From the NCBI RefSeq assembly GCF_000142905.1, contig NW_013657645.1:62001-126000 (forward strand): a stretch of 64,000 nucleotides of DNA, given 5' to 3'. A program made the translations under genes and the position numbers. The notes below the pieces were generated by a model. It was not told the origin of the DNA, searched no databases, and worked only from the letters and a program-made list of their open reading frames with translations. Shown in pieces: positions 55,640 through 64,000 of the stretch; position 1 is the stretch's first letter, and the number at the start of each line of letters is the position of its first letter. The DNA is from Thecamonas trahens ATCC 50062. Taxonomy: Eukaryota > Protista > Apusomonadida.

Positions 55640-57339
55640 TGGGCATAGCGTTCCAGGAACGGTCGCAGGACCGTTCTGGGACCGTTCTCAGAACGGTCCT
55701 GAACTTGGCCTTTAGCACCCTTCTCCCCCTCCTGTCCGCATGCCGTAGTCTTTACGGAATCCCCTTGTGTACAAGTTGTAGGAATGTCGTGGGTACACAC
55801 ATGCCAAGTGTAGACCCTATGCGCTGCGCATTGCGCATGCCAGGCGTCGAAAACCGCGCGGCGTCGTGTTGAGCCGCCCGCCACTGGCGACGGCGAACGG
55901 GAACGTTCTCCGTACGGTTGCAGAGGGCACGAGAACAATAGCTGTACATATGCGCGCGCGTACACAGCTGTGATATGCGTGATATGCGGCGGTAGGGGGT
56001 GGCGGGTCTGTCCCTTGCTCCCCTGCCATCTCCTGGCGAACGGCCACGACGACGTCGCCACCCTCTTGGCGAGCAGCGGGCTGCTCCCTCCCATGAATCA
56101 ACCGATCTTCACCTTCTCACGCCAGCCCGCGCTGCCACGCTCTCGGGCATCGCCGGCTCGGGAATGAGTTCGACACACGCCTCGCTCGTGCTCGCAGGTG
56201 GTATTCACAACACGCCTGCACTTGCGATCCAAAGCAACGTGGCGGCACTGTCGCCGGCAGTCGGCCCGACCCGGACGTCTGCATCATCACGCTCTTCCTC
56301 ATCGGCTCGGCCATCCTCTGCCGCCGTAACCTTTATGACTCAAGGAGCGGTGCCATGATGTCATGATGGCCTGGCTGTCTTTGACCCCAGCAACAGAGCG
56401 TAGGTGCCCCAGGTGTGTTTTGGCACAGCACAGGCGGCGGTTTGTCGGCTTCGAGTGCGAGATACTCACAGCTCGACGCATCAGACCAGAAATCCTAGGC
56501 GCAAGATCCCTCAAGAGATGCGCTGCGAGCACGACTTCAGAGAGTGCGAGATACTCACAGCTCGACGCATCAGACCAGAAATCCTAGGCGCAAGATCCCT
56601 CAAGAGATGCGCTGCGAGCAGGACGTACGCGACATAGTGCCCTCCACGAGACACGTACGTTTCGACGGTGTGGGCGCAACGCCGCGATCTTATTCACGAG
56701 TGGATGTAGACTCGCCGACTGCACCCTGCACATGGTCAAGACACACCATATTGCTTTCAATGGCCACTACACGGCGTGAGGTAGACAAGTGGGAGGGATC
56801 GCGACACAAGGCAGCGCCTACAGGACCGTTCCCCGACCGTTCTCTGGACCGTTCCCCGACCGTTCGCAAATGCGACACTCTCGGTTGCCGGCCGAGCAGT
56901 CGCTCCGCTGGCTCGACGGCTTGAGATTTTCCTCGCATTTACTGTGCTGGCCATCTTTGCCTCCACATCGTGCCAATTGGCAAGGGACTCACGTGTACAT
57001 GAGCGCCCGTCGATAGCTCGCTTACACACGAGATCAAGGTAAGAATTGAGCGCCCAGGCGCCCAGAAGACCGCCCGTCGTCGTCGTCGTCGCGCATCGTC
57101 ATCAAAAGGGTGGGCGGGCGGGCGGGTTCCCGCTCCGTCGGAGCCGACTGTGTCGACGCCATCGGAGCTCTTAGCGAAGCAAGGTGTCAGCCGCTTCGCT
57201 TCGCTCAGCCCGCCGTGAGTGTTAGCGACTCGTAGCAGTCGCGGCAACTGTTCCCCGACCGTTCCTAATATATAGCTCGAGCGTCCCCCGACCGTTCGCC
57301 AAAATAGCGTTCTGGGACCGTTCCTGGAACGCCATCCCA
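55640..57339. mobile_element. Candidate non-autonomous DNA element bounded by ~28-bp imperfect inverted repeats
   Basis: Perfect 17-bp inverted core at 55648-55664 / 57316-57332; 11 GACCGTTC motifs; no transposase ORF and no clear TSD. Confidence 0.45.
56453..56620. repeat. 79-bp identical direct repeat (period 89)
   Basis: GAGTGCGAGATACTCAC..GCGCTGCGAGCA at 56453 and 56542. Confidence 0.9.
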
Positions 57340-57576
57340 TGAGCACGATGTGTCCACTCTGCCTTTGGTGTTCAGTCACCTCGCCCGCATCCGTCCTCGC
57401 CACGCATCCCACACCCCTCATCGGTCCCCACGCCACATCCATACACCCAGGGCATGCATCCCTCACTTGCTTCACCGCCGTATCAAGCTCGCCGGGCAGT
57501 TGATCAGCCTCCGGGAGCCTCGTCTCCCTGCTTTCCGGCGGCTGAGCTCACGATCCCGTCTACACCTCTCTCGGCC

Positions 57577-59928
57577 ATGCCGCGCAAGGCAACACCCCGC
57601 ACGCCAGCGGCAGCAGCGGCAGCAGCTGGACCTCGTCCTCCTGCAGCTGCAGCTGCGGCGTCGGTGCCCCTCCCGCCGCTGTCGGAGGAGACACTGGAGC
57701 TCATGGCGCCGACAGCGACTGTCGGCGTCCTACCGCCGCCGCCGCCTGCGACTGCTGCTGCGGCGGCGGCATCGTCCAAGCGGCCGCTGCCGCGGCTGGG
57801 CTCTGCGGCCACACGGGCGGCGCTTGCGGCGGCCGCAACAGCAGCCTTTCCACCTCCGCCAGGTATTCCACATGGCTCTGCGGCGTCGGCGCTGGCGTAC
57901 CTGCATGCGCATGAGACGCTGGCTCGGGTTGCGGCGTCCAAGTTTGCGGCGGCGACGACGGCCGAGCTCGACGCGCTCGCCGAGTACGTGGCTGCGCCGC
58001 ATCTCCAGACCGGCTCGGCCTCGCCGCTTCATCCGCTGCGGACGGCGCTGCTGCTGCTGGGTGTCGGCGCGGCCGATCATGGCTCGGTGCTGCGTGCACT
58101 GCGCGCGCGGCTGGCGGCGTCGGCCACCACCCACATGGTGGTCCGCCTCAAGCCGGCCGACGTGCTGACACTCAAGGACGCGCTGCGGGCACTGCTGGGC
58201 GAGGCGAGCCAGGCGCGGTTCCGCGACCGATCGCTCGAGCCGAGCGCGCGGTCGGCGGCGATGGTGGCGGCGGCAGGCCGGGCCAAGCCGCTGGCGTCGT
58301 CGGTCATTTCGCGGGCCTCGGTCGATTCGCTCGTTGCGTGGTACACCAGCGCCTACGGCGAGAGCGATGCTCAGTTTGCCGCGCTTGCGAGCGGTGGGGC
58401 CGTCGAGGAGCGGCGGAGTGCCAAGCGGGCCAAGCGGCTCAACGCGTCGGCCGTCGGTCGCGACGCCGATCCCGGGCCGCGCCCGCCCATTGTCATTGTC
58501 ATCGAGCGCTTCGAATCGTTTGCCGCTGCCGTTCTCGTTCCGTTTGTGCGGGTGGTGGCGCAGATGGCAGCGTCGGTCCCGGTTGTCCTTGCCTTTGCGC
58601 TCTCGACCTCACCGGACGCGCTGGCCAAGCGGTTGCCGCGCTCGATGCTCTCGCTCCTCTCGACCGAGTCGTTCTCGTTCCGGTTCTCGGGCGAGGCTGT
58701 TGTCGCGCTGGTCAACACGCTCGTGTCGGGCAAGGCCATGCCGTACGTCCGCCCAGCTCCGGCCGCGCTGCACTACCTCATCTCGTTCCTCGACGGCGCC
58801 ACGGTCTCTCTCCAGGCCACGCTCCGCGTCCTGAGGCTCTTCCTCCTCACTCACTTTGCGGCCAACCCAGGCGGAGTAGCCACCATTCTCGACGCGCCAA
58901 GCCATCCGGCCCGAACGGCCTACCTGACTGCGCTGGAGGAGCTGCTTGCCGCCGACCCAGAGCTGGCTGACGAATACGAAGCAGCGCTCCCGGCCGTTCT
59001 TACCACACTGCCGTCGTGGGGCAAGCGCCCTGCAGACCATGCTACGCTTCAGAGCGTGCTGGCTGACGCGCACGCCCGCGCCGTTCACGCCGACACTGTT
59101 GTCGACGTCCTCACCGCGGTCATGGTGTACCTTCCGACACGGCTGACCCAGTCGCCGCTTGCGCTCCGCGCTGCGCTCCTCTCTGGCGGCCTCAAAGCCT
59201 CCGAGTGGTTTGCCGAGCTTGCGCAGGCGATTTCGTTCCTCGCTGCACCGGCGATCGAAGCTCTGGCCAACGGCGCGCTCGCCACGCTCCGTGCGTCGAC
59301 AACTTCGCTCCCGCTTGGCATTGAGGCGCTCGAGCGGATCGCGGTCACCGCTGCTGCGCCCCACACGGCGGTCCCGGGCAACGAGCGCGCGATCAACGCT
59401 TCTGCGCAGGCCAACGCTGCGGGCGTCGCCCGCCTCCGACGCGAGCTCTCGGCATGGATTGCTGCACTCATCGCCGTCCACGAAGGCGGGCTGGCCGGAG
59501 TTCCCGGCGTTGAGCTTGCCTTTGGCGACGGCTCGGACGTGCTGAGCCAGATTGTCAACCCGCACATTCGCACCCACATCTTTACCGCTCTCCTCGAGCC
59601 CGAGCGCTACGTCCCGCTTGGACCGATGCCTGACGTCTGCATCGCGTACCGCGTGTACGAGGAGGCCGCCGCCCGGTTTGTCAACCTCCGCAATTGGTAC
59701 GTCGCGTTCTCGGTCGGCGTCTCGATGGCCGCCGGCGAGGAGAGTCTTCCGCTCGCGCCCAAGGACGAGGCCATCGAGTGGCTCGGCGGCGTCGACACCA
59801 AGCACATGCCTCGCTTTGTGCGGACGCTCGACGAGCTCGAGCACCTTGGCATCATCCGCATTCGCGCCTCCAAGCCGGGGCACGCTGCCAAAGTCATTGT
59901 GCGGCACACAGGCTCTGACCTCCAGTAA
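57577..59928 (+). CDS. ORC3: Origin recognition complex subunit 3
   Basis: IVIVIERFESF..VPVVLAFALST..LP....SLL; C-terminal winged helix PDVCIAY..VNL.NWY.AF..RFVR.LDELEHLGII. Confidence 0.82.
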   Translation: MPRKATPRTPAAAAAAAGPRPPAAAAAASVPLPPLSEETLELMAPTATVGVLPPPPPATAAAAAASSKRPLPRLGSAATRAALAAAATAAFPPPPGIPHGSAASALAYLHAHETLARVAASKFAAATTAELDALAEYVAAPHLQTGSASPLHPLRTALLLLGVGAADHGSVLRALRARLAASATTHMVVRLKPADVLTLKDALRALLGEASQARFRDRSLEPSARSAAMVAAAGRAKPLASSVISRASVDSLVAWYTSAYGESDAQFAALASGGAVEERRSAKRAKRLNASAVGRDADPGPRPPIVIVIERFESFAAAVLVPFVRVVAQMAASVPVVLAFALSTSPDALAKRLPRSMLSLLSTESFSFRFSGEAVVALVNTLVSGKAMPYVRPAPAALHYLISFLDGATVSLQATLRVLRLFLLTHFAANPGGVATILDAPSHPARTAYLTALEELLAADPELADEYEAALPAVLTTLPSWGKRPADHATLQSVLADAHARAVHADTVVDVLTAVMVYLPTRLTQSPLALRAALLSGGLKASEWFAELAQAISFLAAPAIEALANGALATLRASTTSLPLGIEALERIAVTAAAPHTAVPGNERAINASAQANAAGVARLRRELSAWIAALIAVHEGGLAGVPGVELAFGDGSDVLSQIVNPHIRTHIFTALLEPERYVPLGPMPDVCIAYRVYEEAAARFVNLRNWYVAFSVGVSMAAGEESLPLAPKDEAIEWLGGVDTKHMPRFVRTLDELEHLGIIRIRASKPGHAAKVIVRHTGSDLQ

Positions 59929-59956
59929 CGCTCCCCCGCACTTTTAGCGCGGTTCA

Positions 59957-61303
59957 TTAGCTCTCACCAAGTGTGGTCCGCGCGAGCTTCATCGCCCGCA
60001 GCTTGGACCGAAAGTCGTCCATGTTGACGTACGTTCCCTGCAGGAGGCGCGGTCCCGACGCGGCGTCAAACTCGGTCCGGGCGTGCAGAACGCGGCGGTT
60101 GAGGAAGACAACCATGTCGCCCGACTCCATGCGGAACTCGTAGAGGTACGCCGGGTCGCGGACCATGGCGGCAAAGAGGCCGTAGGCCGAATAGAACGCG
60201 TCGGCGTTGAGCTCAAAGTCGGGCTTGGCCGAGGCGGTCCGCAGATCGAGCCGCGGCGGGCCCTCAAACTGCGGCGACCAGTTGAAGGCAACCGGTTCGT
60301 TGTGCGATGCCGCCTCGATGAGCGGGCGGCGGAAGCGCATAAATTGTCCATCGCGCCGGTAGTGGAAGGTGAGCGGGACCGAGGAGAGGAGCTCGACTGC
60401 ATCAGGCGCCGCCGCCCGAAGATCCTCCAGGACCCGGAAGCCGTCGACAAAGCCCGAGACGCCGCCAGTGGCCTCGGTCGTGATGGCATGCAGGAGCTGG
60501 AGGCCTGGCGGCGACTCGTAATAGCACAAGTCCATGTGCGGCGCGAGCGAGATCGAGGTATTTGCCACGTTGGCAGCCTCGGGCGTCGACTCGACGTCGA
60601 ACAGCCGGCCGTACATGGTCTCCTTGATGTACGCGATGCGCTGCGCGACGGCCTCGACCGGCCCGCGCTCCGCCGGTACGTTCTTGAGCATGATCAGGCC
60701 GCGGTCCGAAAGCGATGAGAGCGCATCGTAGAGTACGTCGTCCGAATCGAGGTAGCTGGCGTAGTCGAGCTCGACCACGCCACCGGCCGCCGCCAGATCG
60801 GCGGCGTTCCACGTTGTGGTCGGCGGCTCGTGGCAGACGGCTGGTGGTGGCGGCGGCGCGTACGCGTGCTCGTACAGCCACTCTGCGTCGAGGCGCGAGG
60901 TGTGGGCGGCAATGGACCAGCCATCGGGCGAAGCCTCGTCGACTACCATGCCCATCGGCGGATACGACGACGCCAGCGCCGCGTTGCTCCGCCCGCCAAG
61001 CCACGGCGGGAGTGGCGTCGGCGCCCAGGCCACCTCGAGCGCCGCACCGGGGCGCACATTGGTGACCTCCAGCGCCGGCGCATTGTAGTCGTACGCGCAC
61101 ATGTTCTTCTGCCCGGACGCCGCGTCCATACACGCATCGCACATGCAGTTGTCGCGGAGCCAGGCGTAGTCGTACTGCGCCGCAAAGCCGTCGTCAAACT
61201 CCACCGCCACCTTGCGCTCGCCGGGCACAGCCTCGGCCACCGCCACGCTCAGCGCCCGCGCCCACGCCGCCGCCCGCACCGACTGTGTCACTCGCGCCAG
61301 CAT
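59957..61303 (-). CDS. Gamma-butyrobetaine / trimethyllysine dioxygenase family, mitochondrial
   Basis: Presequence; WLRDNCMCDAC; HMDLCYYESPPGLQLLH; VDGF; NRRVLHAR. Confidence 0.92.
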   Translation of the reverse strand: MLARVTQSVRAAAWARALSVAVAEAVPGERKVAVEFDDGFAAQYDYAWLRDNCMCDACMDAASGQKNMCAYDYNAPALEVTNVRPGAALEVAWAPTPLPPWLGGRSNAALASSYPPMGMVVDEASPDGWSIAAHTSRLDAEWLYEHAYAPPPPPAVCHEPPTTTWNAADLAAAGGVVELDYASYLDSDDVLYDALSSLSDRGLIMLKNVPAERGPVEAVAQRIAYIKETMYGRLFDVESTPEAANVANTSISLAPHMDLCYYESPPGLQLLHAITTEATGGVSGFVDGFRVLEDLRAAAPDAVELLSSVPLTFHYRRDGQFMRFRRPLIEAASHNEPVAFNWSPQFEGPPRLDLRTASAKPDFELNADAFYSAYGLFAAMVRDPAYLYEFRMESGDMVVFLNRRVLHARTEFDAASGPRLLQGTYVNMDDFRSKLRAMKLARTTLGES

Positions 61304-61436
61304 GGACAGAGTGAAGTGTTGGAAAGGGCTGGGAGCTGGGAGGGCGAGGGCGAGGCAGCTTGGCTCACAGCTGCCGCGCCGGTCGCCCCGGAGGGATCGT
61401 GCTCGCGCCCGCACTCTGCTCTCTCGCCTGCCGCCC

Positions 61437-61994
61437 ATGGACCAGGCGCGGTTTCCCGGCTGGCGCAGGGTGTTCACCCACTACGTCCGTGCCCAGCCCG
61501 ACCACGCCTCGGCTGCAGCCGCCCTCGACGCCTGCCTCGCCCCGCACGGCGCCGCAGCCGACAAGCCGAGCGCTGCCCGCGACGCCGCCGTCGGTGGGCC
61601 GTGTGCGCAGCAGAACGCAGCCTGGTTTGCCTCGGTCCAGCACCACACCCGGACCATGATGGTCGCCGCCCTCGGCGCCGATGGCCTGCGCCAAGAGTAC
61701 GAGGCCTGTGCCGTCGCCGCCCGCCTCGCCGCGCCTGGACCGGTCCGTCCTGAGCTTCTGCCGGAGCTCCCCGAGTGCGCCGCCTACGCCCAGGCCTGGC
61801 TTGCCGCCGCGTCGGACGCTGCCGAGACCATGTTCCCACCGGAGCTTGTCGCCAAGCTCGGCCTTGTCGATGAGAACATGTTTGTCGTTCGCTCTGGCGG
61901 CTGGTTCGGCCTCACCTCGGGCACCCTCACTCTTGACGCACCGCGCTTCTTTGACGTCCTCGCCTTGCTCATCCGCGCCGATCCGCTGCCGTAA
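61437..61994 (+). CDS. Hypothetical protein (185 aa)
   Basis: ATG ORF with coding-like codon bias, divergent from the dioxygenase. Confidence 0.5.
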   Translation: MDQARFPGWRRVFTHYVRAQPDHASAAAALDACLAPHGAAADKPSAARDAAVGGPCAQQNAAWFASVQHHTRTMMVAALGADGLRQEYEACAVAARLAAPGPVRPELLPELPECAAYAQAWLAAASDAAETMFPPELVAKLGLVDENMFVVRSGGWFGLTSGTLTLDAPRFFDVLALLIRADPLP

Positions 61995-62337
61995 CTGCCG
62001 TGGCTGTCGTAGCTGTAGCATCCGACATGCCTCAGCTCACGCTTGCATGGCGCAACCTCGGATCCCGACACCGCACCTTGCGGAATCGATCGTCGCCGGG
62101 GTCTGGCCGGGCCACGAACGGCATCGCGCGCAAGCAATGCAACGCCAGCGCAACCTGTGCTACCTGGTCAACCATTGCGAGCGTGCGTTTTGATCATGAC
62201 CGACCGCAAGTCACCCCGGTTTGCGCACACTTGGATGAAACGTGCCCGGATCATCACATCGGATGTGGCAAGCTGCTCGCCGTTCACTGCGCGCCGTGAC
62301 TTGGAGGCTGACGTTACCTCTCTCGGCCGTCTCCGCC

Positions 62338-62905
62338 ATGAACATGGACATGCCCGCGCACATGCACATGAACCACAGCATGCACATGGACATGCACATG
62401 ATGAAGATGTACTTCCACACAGGCACCTACGAGACATTGCTGTTCAAAGACTGGGTCCTCAACTCGGACGGCAAGTACGCCACGTGCCCTTGCCCCCTTA
62501 TCCCCTTACCCCCCCCCCCTTACCCCCTCCCCCCTCCCCCACTGATACAGGTACTGGGCCGCCGTAGCGGGCGTCTTCTTCCTCACGGCCTTCTACGAGC
62601 TGCTTTCGGCCTTCAAGCCCATCCTCGACAACATGCTCGTGCCGGCCGGCAAGGTGGCCGCCGGCGAGCTCGGCGTGGCTCCGGTCCGCATTGCGCCCTG
62701 GGCTGTTCAGCCGCTGCGGGCCGCCTACCACACCTTCCAGCTTGCTGTCGCCTACATCCTCATGCTTGTGGTCATGACCTACAACATGGGCCTGTTTTTC
62801 GCCATCCTCGCAGGCGCCTTTGTCGGCTACCTCGTCTTCCACCGACGCGTCGGCGTCGTCCGTGCTCCGGGTGAGGAGGAGGCCGACGTTGCCGGCTGCC
62901 ACTGA
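62338..62905 (+). CDS. CTR1: Ctr copper transporter; exons 62338-62474 and 62551-62905
   Basis: Met/His-rich N-terminus, MKMYFH..LLFKDW, MLVVMTYN (MxxxM), GxxxG, C-terminal CH; 76-nt GT-AG intron. Confidence 0.93.
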
Positions 62906-63599
62906 TGCCGTCCTCCCCCCCCCCTCCCCCCCTCCATTAGTAACAAGTAATAAGGAGTAGCTAACATCAGGGCACCAAAAGGTGCTGATGATCCCGTGAC
63001 TCCTCCCTCCCTCCCTCCCCCCCCTGGCCCCTCCCCCCCCTCTCTCCCTAACCTGCCAAAGCCGCTCTGCCCACTGAAGTCACGAGACCCTGTACTCCCC
63101 CTTCCTCCCCCCCCCAAGCCCCCTCCCGTTGCTGCGCCACACCTCTCCCTCCACCCTTAACCACCCCCCGCACACAACCCACATACCCCCCCTCCTACTT
63201 CCTCCATCTCTCTACCCATGGCCTCTGCAGTGCCCATGGCCTCCATGGCCCGCCCCTTTGCCGTCGAAGTACGCCACGCCACGCCTATCAGAGAGNNNNN
63301 NNNNNNNNNNNNNNNNNNNNNNNNNNNNNNNNNNNNNNNNNNNNNNNNNNNNNNNNNNNNNNNNNNNNNNNNNNNNNNNNNNNNNNNNNNNNNNNNNNNN
63401 NNNNNNNNNNNNNNNNNNNNNNNNNNNNNNNNNNNNNNNNNNNNNNNNNNNNNNNNNNNNNNNNNNNNNNNNNNNNNNNNNNNNNNNNNNNNNNNNNNNN
63501 NNNNNNNNNNNNNNNNNNNNNNNNNNNNNNNNNNNNNNNNNNNNNNNNNNNNNNNNNNNNNNNNNNNNNNNNNNNNNNNNNNCCCCCCCCCTTACACAG

Positions 63600-64000
63600 G
63601 ATATGTCCGACACCGTGCGTACCCGCGGCATGGATTGGTCGCAGGTGGAAAAGACAGTCGACGCAGACCAGGCAGACATTGCCGCTGTCCGCCAGCTGGC
63701 AACCGTGTCCGAGGCCGAGGCCGAGGAAATGCTGGCCACGGCCGGACCGGGCGTTCTTGGTGCGCTCCTCCGCCTCGCCGCTGTCCCAACCTCGCCGCAA
63801 TCGGAGCTTGTCTCCTACCTGCTGGTCATCTTTGCCGACACTGTCGCCCGCATGGGCCGCGAGCAGCTGTCGGAGGCGGCGTGTCAGCTGCAGGCCGGCC
63901 TGCTGGCTGCCGAGGGAATCGGTGCGCCGCCGCCTGATCTGGTGACTGGCGACGGCACGCCGCCGGCAGCCGACGACCCGCAGGTGCTTGCAGCGGCGAC
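63600..64000 (+). CDS. ATP6V1H: V-ATPase V1 subunit H-like, partial (runs off the window; exon 1 probably from 63218)
   Basis: After a CAG acceptor, open frame DMSDTVRTRGMDWSQVEK..DIAAVRQL..EEMLATAG..LLRL..VSYLLVIFAD resembles the subunit H N-terminus. Confidence 0.6.

Noticed and set aside
63679-63945. SH2-like 'AFLVRSS' motif
   Set aside because: A different frame stays open to the window end and fits V-ATPase subunit H better

Overview
Gene-dense, GC-rich eukaryotic (protist) genomic DNA with few, mostly 5'-located GT-AG introns, four N gaps and many micro/minisatellites. Gene content and style would fit an apusomonad such as Thecamonas (inference, not checked). About 30 protein genes can be supported: PDI, TM9SF3, a giant FG-GAP/beta-helix/7TM receptor-like protein, calpain, tweety-like, Drp1-like dynamin, ankyrin protein, LAMTOR5, CLN8-like, DUF2009, MFS, PBP2-type binding protein, myosin I, P-type Ca-ATPase, NDUFS3, RuvC/A22-like resolvase, eIF3L, AKR, ORC3, BBOX, Ctr and V-ATPase H. 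Several are spliced or frameshifted and so are missing or split in the ORF track. Nine frameshifts are each repaired by adding one base to a homopolymer, most likely pyrosequencing under-calls. Most interesting: (1) a Ran-like pseudo-GTPase fused to two GRF zinc fingers; (2) a CH + three talin-F0-like + WASP-GBD-like protein; (3) unrelated promoter minisatellites sharing a palindromic AACGAT/TAATCGA core; (4) a 1.7 kb inverted-repeat-bounded element upstream of ORC3; (5) a mitochondrial A22-like resolvase, an orphan HTH protein and a small DASH-like coiled-coil gene side by side. All family calls come from motif recognition by eye; no database searches were run.
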